Part shown: in pieces, positions 1 through 10,123 of the stretch
Numbering within the stretch: position 1 is the stretch's first letter
Layout of the letters: each line of letters begins with the position of its first letter
NCBI GenBank assembly: GCA_963804165.1
Contig: CAWDPO010000001.1
Location: 64,001-128,000, forward strand
Direction: 5' to 3'
Source of the DNA: an uncultured delta proteobacterium
GTDB lineage: Bacteria > Desulfobacterota > Binatia > UBA9968
DNA: 64,000 nt
Position numbers and translations under genes: made by a program
Notes under the pieces: generated by a model
The model's database searches: none
The model's input: the letters and a program-made list of their open reading frames with translations, nothing else
Told to the model about the DNA's origin: nothing

Positions 1-1028
1 ACATCCGCACGACGATTGTGTCGCAGACCAGCGGCGGCATCGCGCCAATCATTCCGATCCTCCTATGCGCCCCCAAGTACGTCGGAGGGACCATGACTCT
101 CGGCGAAGTCATGCAGGCCGCTTCCGCGTTCGTCATCGTGCAGACGGCGTTCAATTGGCTCGTGGAAAACTATCCGCGATTGGCCGATTGGACCGCGTCG
201 GCGCGACGACTCGCGTCGTTGCTGGTGTCGTTGGACCACTTGGAGCGCGCCGACCGTGAAGAGACGACCGGGCGAATTGGTCGCCGGCAAACCGAGGATG
301 GGGCGCTCCGGTTGCGAAACCTCTCGGTGACCTTGAATGATGGCAGCGCGGTGGTGAACGAAGCCGATGTCGCGATCACCCCCGGCGAGAAGGTGCTTGT
401 CGTCGGCGAATCCGGCACCGGTAAGAGTACGCTGGTGCGCGCGATCGCCGGCCTGTGGCCGTGGGGCGGGGGCGAGATCTTGATCAAATTCGAAGGGATG
501 TTCTTGATGCCGCAGCAGCCCTACGTGCCGCTTGGAACGTTGCGCCGCGCCGCGACCTATCCCCTCTCGCCCGAGACGGTCGATGATGCCATGGTCCGTA
601 AGGCGGTCGAGGAAGTGGGGCTGGGTCATTTTCTCGACCGTCTTGATGAAGAAGACACACGCTGGGAACACATACTCTCCGGCGGAGAAAAGCAGCGGCT
701 CGCGTTTGCCCGCGCGCTTATCCAGCGTCCTAACATTATCGTGATGGACGAGGCCACCGCCGCCCTCGATCCATTGAGTCAGGACCAGTTGATGCAACTG
801 GTCCTGGAGCGGCTCCCTGAATCTACCCTCGTCAGTGTCGCACACCGCGCCGAGCTCGAAGCATTTCACACGCGCAAGCTTGTCCTGGAATATCACCCTG
901 AAGGGGCGCGCCTTGTCCGCGATGAACCGCTGCCAAGAACGTTCCGCCGCTCGGCGCGGTTGCTCTCGAGGCTGCGGACGCGCGACAAATCGCCGAAGGC
1001 GCCAAATGCGGATCGGGGAGCCAGATAA
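1..1028 (+). CDS. ABC transporter fused permease/ATP-binding protein (YddA/ABCD-like), 5' partial
   Basis: Walker A GESGTGKS, signature LSGGEKQRLAFAR, Walker B IIVMDE, PQQPY Q-loop; the frame is open to the window start. Confidence 0.9.
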   Translation, partial: IRTTIVSQTSGGIAPIIPILLCAPKYVGGTMTLGEVMQAASAFVIVQTAFNWLVENYPRLADWTASARRLASLLVSLDHLERADREETTGRIGRRQTEDGALRLRNLSVTLNDGSAVVNEADVAITPGEKVLVVGESGTGKSTLVRAIAGLWPWGGGEILIKFEGMFLMPQQPYVPLGTLRRAATYPLSPETVDDAMVRKAVEEVGLGHFLDRLDEEDTRWEHILSGGEKQRLAFARALIQRPNIIVMDEATAALDPLSQDQLMQLVLERLPESTLVSVAHRAELEAFHTRKLVLEYHPEGARLVRDEPLPRTFRRSARLLSRLRTRDKSPKAPNADRGAR

Positions 1029-1186
1029 TGGCTGATAGCTCACCGTTCAGGGATCATCTCTTGTCGGTTTCGTCGTCTGGAGCTTGGACTTTCAATGGAC
1101 GAGCCGCGTGGATCCAGTTTGACGCTTGCCTGCAGCATCATCTGCCCGTTCAGACATAGCGCGCACGCGGTCATGCCATCGTGCGC

Positions 1187-2063
1187 TTATTCGATCTTGA
1201 CCACTTTCTTGTAATCCATGCCGTCATGGGAATGATGCAAGTCGAGTTTCCCGCGCGGGGGCGTCTTAGCTTCGCGCCCGGCCAAGGCGCCGATCGCGCC
1301 TTTCGCCGGCGTTATGCCGCCGTCGACGAGCCATACCGCACCGGTGACGTAGCTTGCGTCGTCCGACGCCAGGAACGCATAGACGTTGGCGACTTCCTCG
1401 GCCGTTCCCCCGCCTGCCGAAGGGTGTGGCAGCGACCAATGCTTCTTCGATCTGCGCATCGACGGCGCCGGTTTCCTTATGCGTCCAAGCGGTGTCAATC
1501 GGGCCGGGAGAGACGCAATTGGCGCGCACGCCGTATTGCGCTTGCTCCACTGCGACGCCCATCATGAACGCGTGCAAGAATGCTTTTGTCCCGCCGTAGG
1601 GTGTATTTCTCGGCTGCCCGTTCACGCCGGCTTCGGAACCGGCGCTGATGACGTTGCCCTTGGTTTGGCGCAGATCCGGCAGGGCGAACTTGGTCATGAG
1701 GAAAGCCGAGCGGATATTGCATCGGATATGTTCATCGAAGACGTCGACAGGCATTGCGTCGGTCTCGGCGTTGGCGAGCAAGACGCCCGCGTTATTGATC
1801 AGAACGTCGAGCTTGCCGTACTGCCGGATAGCGGCATTAATGCATTCGCGGGCCAGTTGCTCCTGCGAGACATCACCGGCAACCGGGATTGCCTGGCCGC
1901 CCTCATGCACAATCGCATTGGCTACATCGGCAATCGGATCACTTGGCAGTCCGTTGACGACAATCTTCGCGCCTTCGCGAGCGAACTTTCGGCAAATAGC
2001 CTCGCCGATGCCCGTCCCGCCGCCCGTAACAATAGCAACTTTGTCTTGAAGCTGACCTGTCAT
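1187..2063 (-). CDS. SDR family oxidoreductase, frameshifted near 1410
   Basis: TGGGTGIG, NNAG and YGGTK motifs; the C-terminus (AEEVANVYAFLASDDASYVTG..VDGG) continues in ORF 1187..1498. Confidence 0.9.
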
Positions 2064-2429
2064 GACTTCTCCTTATGTTTGAATGAATTCTTTTCACCGA
2101 GCTTTTTCTAAACGTCGACATCACCAGCCCTATAAATCCTGGAGTGTGTCGCAGTTTCGTTACAGCCGTCCGAAAAATGCGAACATGGGTTTTTTCAGGG
2201 CAATCGCTTCATTTAATCTTTTCACGCAGCGCGCGCACCTAATTATGCGGAGTTTTCACACCTGTTAGAGAAAATACTGCATCACGTGTGCCACACAGCT
2301 CTTCTACCGGAGTGAAATTTTGTGAACTGAGCCGCGCGGGATCGTTTGAAGGCCGGTTGTCCCAGTTTTCCATACGACAATTCACCTGCGTGGTATCGAA
2401 AATTCTTTAAAAATGAACCGCCGCCGCGC

Positions 2430-2444
2430 CGGTATCGTTCTTGC
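2430..2444 (+). promoter_or_regulatory. Putative sigma54 -24/-12 promoter for the ferritin-like gene
   Basis: CGGTAT-CGTTC-TTGC (GG-N10-GC) about 100 bp upstream of the ATG at 2547. Confidence 0.55.
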
Positions 2445-2546
2445 GAAACATTAGCCTAACGCCCCTTAGGTGTTGGCAGCACACTTTATCTATCTTAATG
2501 CGCATCTCTTCGCGGAAATGACGAAATGAAATGAAAGGAGACAATC

Positions 2547-3080
2547 ATGGCGAATCAAAAAAATAGCGTTGGTGAAGTTCAGCAAGCCATCAAGCAAGGC
2601 GCGATAACTCGCGAATACCAAGCCGACAAGGAGCATGTTGTCCAAGCACTGAATAGTTTACGCTCCACCGAAATTATGAGTTATCTGCAATATATGCAGC
2701 ACCAGTACATGGCGGTCTCTCTGCTGTCGCCGGGAATGAAGACCGAGTTCGAAGCGCATGCCACCCAGGAGCTTGATCATGCCAACCGGCTCGCAGATCG
2801 AGTGCAGCAATTGGGAGGAGTTCCTATCTACGATCCGAAGGAAATTTCTTCAAAGGCAGCCAACGCCGGCGTCGCTCCTGAGCAGGGCGCGACTTTGGCG
2901 GAAATGGTTACGGAAGATTTAATGCTCGAAAGGCAGCAAATAGAAGTTTACAGCGCGCTCATTCGCGAGATCGGCGACCAGGATTTGGTAACGCGGCAAG
3001 TCTTATTAAGCATTCTAGTAGAAACGGAAAAGCACGCCAGCGAATTGGCCGATTATCTCAAGAGATCGTCGAACCAATAA
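2547..3080 (+). CDS. Ferritin-like (bacterioferritin/DpsL-type) diiron protein
   Basis: E..SYLQY, ELDHA, ERQQ and EKHA diiron pattern; strong RBS AAAGGAG. Confidence 0.85.
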   Translation: MANQKNSVGEVQQAIKQGAITREYQADKEHVVQALNSLRSTEIMSYLQYMQHQYMAVSLLSPGMKTEFEAHATQELDHANRLADRVQQLGGVPIYDPKEISSKAANAGVAPEQGATLAEMVTEDLMLERQQIEVYSALIREIGDQDLVTRQVLLSILVETEKHASELADYLKRSSNQ

Positions 3081-3746
3081 GATCCAGATAGTGCCATCAT
3101 CTAATTTAATGTGTGGCCGGCGCTGGAGTGCCGCGCGTCCGCCGCAGCATTGGTGTGAAAGTGCGGGCTCCGGCGCCGCCCCCGCAGGTCGGCAAACGGT
3201 CAAGTCTGGAATTGATTAAATCTGCGGAGCCTCGGCAGCGTAGGCGACAAGATCAACTGTGAACACAAAGTAACGCCAACTATCTAACTCCAGATTTGAT
3301 CTCGTTCGCCTACGCGGACTGAGATGGCCCGGATTCCGTCTGACGCAGATCCCAGCGTGAGACAAGTTAAGCATCAAGAGTCCCGGCCCCATAGGCCTTC
3401 CCTCGTTTGGTGCTATTTGGGTTCCTTGCTTAAGGATATCATCGATCTTTTAAGTGTGAAGTAGCCATCCTCTTCGATCGAGTCATTCATCCGCCGTGGA
3501 TATAAAACCGGCAACGACCACGTATCGTTGATCTCGCTCGTGCCCGGCTGCATCAAAACACGCGACAAACATCCTTCAGGTAACCCTCGCAAATATACAG
3601 AAAGCCGCTAGGTTCGGGTTGATCAGCTTCTTTACCAAGCTGACGATCTCATCATAGGTGTAATGCAAGCCTATGGAGAAATTCAGCGCTCGGTGGCTGA
3701 GCTCGAGCGCCTAACACAGCTTGGATCGCGGCGGCCCCTCCTTCGG

Positions 3747-3818
3747 CGGCCGATGGCCCTGCACGCACGGCGTAGGTTACCACGGACTCGGCGATCCTTT
3801 TACGAATTCAGCGGGCAT
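3747..3818. repeat. Dispersed ~70 bp repeat, copy 1
   Basis: Near-identical to 5912-5983 and partly to 4549-4592 (core GGCGATCC(C)TTTTACGAATTCRGCGGGCAT). Confidence 0.85.
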
Positions 3819-3836
3819 GGGGACGAGCACCCCTTT

Positions 3837-4462
3837 TCATTTCTTTTCAGAGCCCCACAGCTCTTGCAGGCGTTGGTCGCGGCCGCAGCCATAGCGGTAG
3901 ACTTTGTAGCGAATGGGGTTCTTTTTGTAATAGTCCTGGTGATAGTCTTCGGCCGGATAGAATTCCGAAGCGCGAACGATTTCCGTGACGATGGGTTGTT
4001 TGAAACGACCCTGAAGACTTTCTTTGACGCTTCCGCAAGCTTCTTCTGTGCATCATCGTGGTAAAAGATGGCGGAGCGATATTGGTTGCCGGAGTCGCAG
4101 AACTGGGCGTTGGCGGTGAGCGGATCGATGTTGCGCCAAAACACCTCGAGCAGTTTTTCATAGCTGATTTTCTTCGGATCGTAGGCGATCTGTACCGCTT
4201 CGGCGTGGCCGGTGTTGCCTGACACGACCTCCTCGTAAGTAGGATTCTTTTTAGTGCCGCCGATATAGCCGGAGATCGTGGACATCACCCCGTCGAGCTC
4301 ATCGTAGGGCGGTTCCATACACCAGAAACAGCCGCCGGCAAAGGTGGCTTTGGCCGTCGGCGCGCTGCCGGGACTCGGCGCGGCGGCGTACCCCGCGCCG
4401 ACTAGGATCAGTAAAATCATCGCAATCCGTGACAGCGACTTCAGACAAGTTACGGTGCTCAT
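3837..4462 (-). CDS. msrA: Peptide-methionine (S)-S-oxide reductase with signal peptide, frameshifted near 4015
   Basis: [19 protein letters not shown] and GHAEAVQI motifs; the alternative frame gives [16 protein letters not shown]...[12 protein letters not shown]. Confidence 0.93.
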
Positions 4463-4548
4463 ACATTCCTCCGAGGCCGCCAGTTCGGCGCGTCTATCTG
4501 TCCCATGGATCTTAATCGCAGGCCGTTTAGTCTGCAATCACACATTCC

Positions 4549-4592
4549 CCCGGGCTCGGCGATCCCTTTTACGAATTCGGCGGGCATGGGCA
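4549..4592. repeat. Dispersed repeat, partial copy 2
   Basis: CGGGCTCGGCGATCCCTTTTACGAATTCGGCGGGCATGGG. Confidence 0.8.
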
Positions 4593-4784
4593 TAAGCACG
4601 AAGCGCGCGTCGAGCTCGACGCTCCGGTACTCCCGTGGCTGGCGGAGCGCCGAGCCGTTACGGCTGTAATTGAACTGAATTCTCCAACGAAACAAACTCA
4701 CGCTGAATCAAACTCACGGGTCGTTTGACATTTCATGCGATTCTGAACGGATAACACCAAATTTTACGACTGAGAGGTGGCCAC

Positions 4785-5348
4785 TTGAAGCTCAAGCAAA
4801 TCGCATCATTCTTAGCTTTACTATTCGTTTTGAATAACGCCACGGTCTGGTCACAAGAGCCCATCCCGTTTGTGCCCACGACGATGCCAGTTGTTGAGCG
4901 TATGCTTGAACTGGCTGGAGTCAGGAAAGGCGACGTAATATACGACCTGGGCTGCGGCGATGGACGGATACTCATTCATGCCGCGAAAAAATATAGCACG
5001 CGAGGCGTCGGAGTTGATTTGGACCCGCAACGCATAGCGGAGGCTAAACAAAAGGCGACAGAGGAAGGGGTCAGCCATCTGCTCGAATTTCGCGCGGAAG
5101 ACGGGACCCAAACGGATATTTCCAAGGCAACGGTAGTCACACTCTACATGTTCAAATGGTTCAATAATGCAATTCGATCCAAGCTACAGAAACTCAAACC
5201 GGGATCCCGTATCGTGGCGCATGATTATGACATCGACGACTGGAAACCCACGCGGGTTGTAAATCTTGAGCCGGGGAAGGACCCCGACATCGAAAGGCAT
5301 CACACGCTCTATTTATGGGAGGTTAACGCGGAGTCACCCGCGCCATAA
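4785..5348 (+). CDS. Class I SAM-dependent methyltransferase with N-terminal signal peptide
   Basis: PFVPT, YDLGCGDGRI, GVDLD, VVTLY and LKPGSRIVAHDY motifs. Confidence 0.9.
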   Translation: MKLKQIASFLALLFVLNNATVWSQEPIPFVPTTMPVVERMLELAGVRKGDVIYDLGCGDGRILIHAAKKYSTRGVGVDLDPQRIAEAKQKATEEGVSHLLEFRAEDGTQTDISKATVVTLYMFKWFNNAIRSKLQKLKPGSRIVAHDYDIDDWKPTRVVNLEPGKDPDIERHHTLYLWEVNAESPAP

Positions 5349-5455
5349 AACGCAATCCTCTACGGGCAATGCTGGTAGAGGGCGCCGTAGAAGTTTCTTG
5401 AGCGCCTAGCGTGTCACACTTGCCTAAGTCTATTAACTCATGACAGGCCAGAACG

Positions 5456-5575
5456 ATGCCGCGCCACCCGCGAGTTCATGTCGAAGGATTGCTCTTCCAC
5501 GAAATGGCCCGTGGCAATGATGGGCAGAAGATCTTTCTCAGCCAAAGCGACTATCAGGCTTTCATCGAGGAAATA
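5456..5575 (+). pseudogene. N-terminal remnant of a REP-associated (IS200-like Y1) tyrosine transposase, RAYT
   Basis: MPRHPR..EGLLFH.MARGNDGQKIF...DYQAF matches the RAYT N-terminus; the HUH motif and catalytic Tyr are absent and the ORF runs into repeats. Confidence 0.75.
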
Positions 5576-5584
5576 AGGAAACTA

Positions 5585-5828
5585 GTTCCAATTGTTCCAA
5601 ACGTTCCAGCCGTTCCAATTGTTCGACCGTTCGAGAAGCCTCACGGCAGGCTTCCTCGACAGCCTTCAGTTCCGAGCCCGTCGAGGAATCACCATGAGCG
5701 GTTCCGATTTTACGCTCATCTGAGTTCATCGAAGGATTCGCGGAATCTGTCCTGAGCAAGGTCGTGCAACTCACACGCCGGTTCCAGTCGTTCTAAGCGT
5801 TTCAATGGTTCCAGTCGTTTCAACGATT
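5585..5828. repeat. Two short arrays of 9 bp-period GTTCCANNN units flanking degenerate REP-like hairpins
   Basis: GTTCCAATT GTTCCAAAC GTTCCAGCC GTTCCAATT at 5585 and GTTCCAGTC GTTCTAAGC GTTTCAATG GTTCCAGTC at 5781; GTCCTGAGC and TCGAAGGA motifs lie between them. Confidence 0.75.
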
Positions 5829-5911
5829 GGACTATTACGATCAAGAGATTCCTTGACGGCGTCGCTGGCGCGGCGGTCATCTGTCTCCTGTCTCCTCAGC
5901 CGATGGAGCGC

Positions 5912-5983
5912 CGGCCGATGGCCCTTCACGCACGGCGTAGGTACCACGGGCGCGGCGATCCCTTTTACGAATTCGGCGGGCAT
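5912..5983. repeat. Dispersed ~70 bp repeat, copy 3
   Basis: Matches 3747-3818. Confidence 0.85.
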
Positions 5984-5993
5984 CGGCAGACAC

Positions 5994-6913
5994 TCAGGCC
6001 GCTTTTGCCGACGCGGTGAATGTCGCCGCATTCTTCCTGACGAAATCCTGCACGCTCAGCGGCCCTTGCCCCGTTAGCGTGCGCACGTCGTCCGACATCC
6101 GGTCGTAGCGGCCCACGCGGTGTAGATCGGCCATAGTCGCGAGGTGGTTCACCAGGTGAACCGGCAAGCCGCGCTCGAGCAGCCCGTCCCGCCACGGCTC
6201 GACCGGAATGTCCTCAAAGGTGATCGTGCGGCCAAGCGCCTTCGAATACTCCTGTGCATAGAAATGCATGTTCTCGGACTGCGGACCGGTCAGGTGATAG
6301 ATCTTGCCGATGTGCGGCTGCGGATTAGCGAGCAGCGCGGCGAGCACACGTGCAACGTCTTCCACTGCGACCGGCGAAGTCTTGCCCTCGCCGAACGGTA
6401 GTCTGATCTGATTTGATTGCCTGACCGAATCCGCAGTGAAAATTAGGAAGAAGCCTTCGAGAAGCACTGTCGGCCGCACGTGCACGACCGGCAGACCGGA
6501 CCAGTTCAGCGCCTGCTCGGAGAGCCAGTGCAGCTTGTGCTGCGGACTCGCGTGTGGTTTCGGTAATGCTCATCTGTGAGAGCGTCATCTGCGACATATT
6601 GATGAACGCCTTCACGCCGTGATGCTTCGCCACCGCCGCCGCATTGACCGTCGCGGCCAGATAGGCATCCGAAACCGACATGCCGAAGTACATCGTCTCG
6701 CAGCCGGCAATCGCCCTATGCATCGCATCGAGATCGAGCAGGTCGCCGACTACGACCTCCGCACCCATGTCGCGCTAACGCCTGCGCGCGTTCGTCTTCA
6801 TTTCGCACCATCGCACGCACCGCTTTGCCTTGCTTCAACAGCAGTTCGGTGACCGTGCGCCCTACCGCGCCCACGCGGCCCGCCGCGCCAGTGACCAGAA
6901 TGGGGTTCTCCAT
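5994..6913 (-). CDS. NmrA-like NAD(P)H-binding protein (atypical SDR), two frameshifts
   Basis: ILVTGAAGRVGAVG in 6716..6913; GAEVVVGDL in 6325..6768; RPT..VAVEDVA..YHLTGP in 5994..6485. Confidence 0.85.
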
Positions 6914-7097
6914 GTTTTTTCCTCCCCTGCGTTCACCTAAATCGAAAGTCAGATTTGTTGAATGTATGCATTCGCCGGCAGAATCACTTTTGCCTCACTA
7001 CGTCACGTTCGAAAACTTTTGCAAAGCCAGGCGTCTCCCGCCGGTTATGAGCCTCGTGTGTATCGCTGCCCGACGAGCCTCGTCGACCGCGCCCGAC

Positions 7098-7544
7098 CTA
7101 TCTCTGAACGGGTTGCTCCACGAAAGTCGCGATCGGCTGGCCTGTCTCGACGATATAAGTCGACAGCATCCTCCCGGTTTCCGGGCCGAGGTCGCGCGCA
7201 TTATGAGGGGTCCGCGGGGGGATCAGAAATCCATCTCCCGGATGCAGTACAACGGTAGCACGTCCCTGTACCCTCATCTCGACCTGGCCGGCGATGATGT
7301 AGCCGACCTCTTCTCCTGGATGAACGTGCCATCCGGACTCGACTCCCGTCGGAATCAACGTCTCGACCTGCACCATCTCGCGACTTGGAATCGATAACGG
7401 CGAGCGTTGGACCTCGCGCCGAGCAAGCTTGCCCGCCAGATCGTCCCGTGTCCCCTTATTGGCTTGTCCAGATGCGGGGACGATGTAGGCGACCATCCCG
7501 GCCATCGCTACGACTGCAACAAGCACGAAAACAATCCGTCTCAT
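7098..7544 (-). CDS. Secreted cupin domain protein
   Basis: Signal peptide; WHVHPGEEVGY and PHNA cupin motifs; RBS AAGGAG. Confidence 0.85.
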   Translation of the reverse strand: MRRIVFVLVAVVAMAGMVAYIVPASGQANKGTRDDLAGKLARREVQRSPLSIPSREMVQVETLIPTGVESGWHVHPGEEVGYIIAGQVEMRVQGRATVVLHPGDGFLIPPRTPHNARDLGPETGRMLSTYIVETGQPIATFVEQPVQR

Positions 7545-7753
7545 ACGGTGTCTCCTTCAAGCATGCGTAAGTGAACCCATGCGTAATCCGGCAAATCGCG
7601 GATCATGGTTCACAACAGGGCGTGATCACAAAACAATCCCGAATAAGGACCGCCTATCGGGCTTCGAATACGGACGATCCTTTGCGTAAGTCATTCTATT
7701 CACATTAGATTCGAGCGCGCCACGGACTTGGGTGAACAAAGCCCGCCATCGAG

Positions 7754-8845
7754 CTAACCGAACGTGAACGCAAAAGCCTCCACGCCTGAATCGAGAAACT
7801 CGATCTCGAACTGTCGCTCAGTAATAGGCTTAGATTGTCGGATCAGCTGATACAGCCGCTGTTCGACAACCGTGCCGTTGCCCTGGACATCAAGGTCAAT
7901 CCCGTGAGCAGCGCCCGGCGGCTTGCCATCGATGAGCACGCGAAATCGCACGGAAGTTCCTCGCGCCGCCGGTCCCATGACGAGATGAAGATCGCGGGCG
8001 TGAAAGCGGTACGCGATCTTCCCGTTGGCATTGTTCAGCACAGTGGCCTGTTTCTTCACCGTCCAATCACCCGAAAGGGCCCAATGATTGATTTTCAACC
8101 GCGCGGGAGCAGCATAGACACGACGCCTGTCCAAGACTGCACCGCCGGGAGACGCAAAATTCTCGGTGCGCTCATGGCCGAGATAGTTTTCCGGAGATTT
8201 CAAGCTACCCCAATCGGCGGGAGCTTCCAGACCAGGGGCATTGACCGAAACCAGTTTAGGATCGATGTTGCTGCTTCCGGCCTCGGCCAGCAATTGTTGA
8301 ATAATCCTTTCCGACTGTTCGTATTCGCCCTCGCCGAAATGATGACCGCGAATATGCCCCTTGGCATCGACGAAATAGAGCGCCGGCCAATATTGGTTCT
8401 TGAGAGCACGCCAGATCGAATAGTTGTTATCGATCGCGATTGGAAAATCGACCCTTATGTCCTTCGCGGCCCGGCGAACGTTATCAATGTTTTTCTCGAA
8501 TTCGAACTCAGGCGTGTGAACACCGATCACCACCAAACCTTGGTTCTTGTATTTCTCGGCCCATGCGCGGACATAGGGAAGCTGGCGTAACCAGTTGATG
8601 CAGGTGTAGGTCCAGACGTCGATCAGGACGACTTTTCCGCGCAGGCCAGCCGCCGTCAGTGGTTGGGAATTTAGCCACCCGGTCGCGCCCCCGAGCGAAG
8701 GCAATTCCCCTTCGATGGGTAGTTGACGCCCTGCAGGCGCGACCTGCTGCACCACAGGACCGAAAATATTGAGTGAGGTAGCGCCGAGAATAAGCGCCGC
8801 AGCGGTAAGAAAGCGGCGGCGATCATGGTTGATTTCTTCTGACAT
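7754..8845 (-). CDS. Tat-exported thioredoxin-like (DipZ C-terminal-type) protein
   Basis: DRRRFL Tat motif; WLNSQPL, WTYTCINW, GVHTPEF, YWPALY, SPENYLG and QRLYQLIRQ motifs; ends AFTFG. Confidence 0.88.
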   Translation of the reverse strand: MSEEINHDRRRFLTAAALILGATSLNIFGPVVQQVAPAGRQLPIEGELPSLGGATGWLNSQPLTAAGLRGKVVLIDVWTYTCINWLRQLPYVRAWAEKYKNQGLVVIGVHTPEFEFEKNIDNVRRAAKDIRVDFPIAIDNNYSIWRALKNQYWPALYFVDAKGHIRGHHFGEGEYEQSERIIQQLLAEAGSSNIDPKLVSVNAPGLEAPADWGSLKSPENYLGHERTENFASPGGAVLDRRRVYAAPARLKINHWALSGDWTVKKQATVLNNANGKIAYRFHARDLHLVMGPAARGTSVRFRVLIDGKPPGAAHGIDLDVQGNGTVVEQRLYQLIRQSKPITERQFEIEFLDSGVEAFAFTFG

Positions 8846-8924
8846 ATATCGATCTTCGCATCGTTCCAGTATTCACGGAGCCAATCGCGCAAAGACGAAA
8901 TCGTGCCCTTTCACGTTTAGATCA

Positions 8925-9105
8925 TCGGCATGGCCGCGCCGGTCGTGGGCTAACCCTGCTTGAGGAAGAACAGCATCTGCGTATCCCAGTCGTCGGCCGA
9001 TAGCGGCCAGCCGTGGCTGAACACCACGGGCTGCCCGCTGCCCCAGTCCTTATAATAGATCTCGATCTCCCTGGAATTTTCCTTGCCGACCGTGACGTAT
9101 GGCAT
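8925..9105 (-). pseudogene. Truncated non-heme haloperoxidase/alpha-beta hydrolase
   Basis: My translation: [51 protein letters not shown], followed by an out-of-frame HDRRGH; the rest is absent. Confidence 0.85.
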
Positions 9106-9196
9106 TGGCGCTCTCCTGATTCCGCAAGATTTAAAATCCGTTTAGTCGGTTTCGATAACTGTGCATAGTGCTGCAACGGGCGAGATGCCCCGCCGA

Positions 9197-9817
9197 TCAA
9201 TTACCACCGCCGCTGCCGCTGTCGGAGCCGCCGCGTCCTCGCGCCTGGTCGCGGCGCGCCTTGTCGATCTCCTCGTCGAACTGACGCCCGATGTATTCGC
9301 CCGCCATGATAAGCTGCGCGTCATCCAGTTTGGCGGCCAATGTTTTTCGAATGTCGTTGCGAATTTGCATACCGGGATCCCAAAAGACGCCGTACACGCG
9401 GTCCTCGGAGAAATATTCGAGTGTGTCATCGATCAACTTGAGCCCCACTTCGATTTCTCTCCGGCCGCGTTCGCGGTCACCGGTTTTCAACATCGCGATT
9501 CCAAGATAAAGATGCGCGAATGCATCGTCCTTATCGACATTGACCGCCCTTTCCAAAGTTTGCCGCGCTTCTTTGTCTCTGCCGGTTTCGAGGTAGGCCC
9601 GTCCCAGCAACGCCAGAACGCGGGCAGGAACCCGGTAGGGGAGCCTGTAGTTTGGATCGAGCTCGGCTGCTAGGGCCAGATAACCTACGGCGTCGTTGGG
9701 GCGTCCGGTTTGTAGCGCATTGCGGCCCGCTTGAACGTCGCCCCCGACGCTGGAGCAACCCGACATGAACAGCAACACTAAAAAACAGATGGGCACAAAA
9801 CCACGATTTGATGTCAT
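9197..9817 (-). CDS. Tetratricopeptide-repeat lipoprotein
   Basis: Lipobox LFMSGC; TPR helices LLGRAYLETG and AHLYLGIA. Confidence 0.8.
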   Translation of the reverse strand: MTSNRGFVPICFLVLLFMSGCSSVGGDVQAGRNALQTGRPNDAVGYLALAAELDPNYRLPYRVPARVLALLGRAYLETGRDKEARQTLERAVNVDKDDAFAHLYLGIAMLKTGDRERGRREIEVGLKLIDDTLEYFSEDRVYGVFWDPGMQIRNDIRKTLAAKLDDAQLIMAGEYIGRQFDEEIDKARRDQARGRGGSDSGSGGGN

Positions 9818-10123
9818 AAATTTATCTCCTGTTTTCAGTTTCTGAGAATCACCGGATGGTTTTCGGCTTCCCCCAGCCTCAATGTTCGGTACAGACAACA
9901 TTATTTGGTTGAAAAATGTTTTTTCACGCTAATATGCTTTCAACTTTCATCGGTGCTGATAATCACCATGAAGTCGTTACTGCCTCCGGACAGCAGTTGT
10001 CAAGCCGGCGTGGTCGGCGTTAGAAAGAATTCACGCGATTTCACTGGCTACGTCGATTGACACATAGTTTGGCTTTCTATAAGACACAACTTGTCGATCA
10101 ATCATTCCAGCTCGGATCATTGA

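Noticed and set aside
5585-5828. GTTCCA repeats as a CRISPR array
   Set aside because: The period is 9 bp with no unique spacers, and there are no cas genes
3747-5983. 70 bp repeat as CRISPR or group II intron end
   Set aside because: The copies are kilobases apart with whole genes between them, and no domain V/VI motif is present
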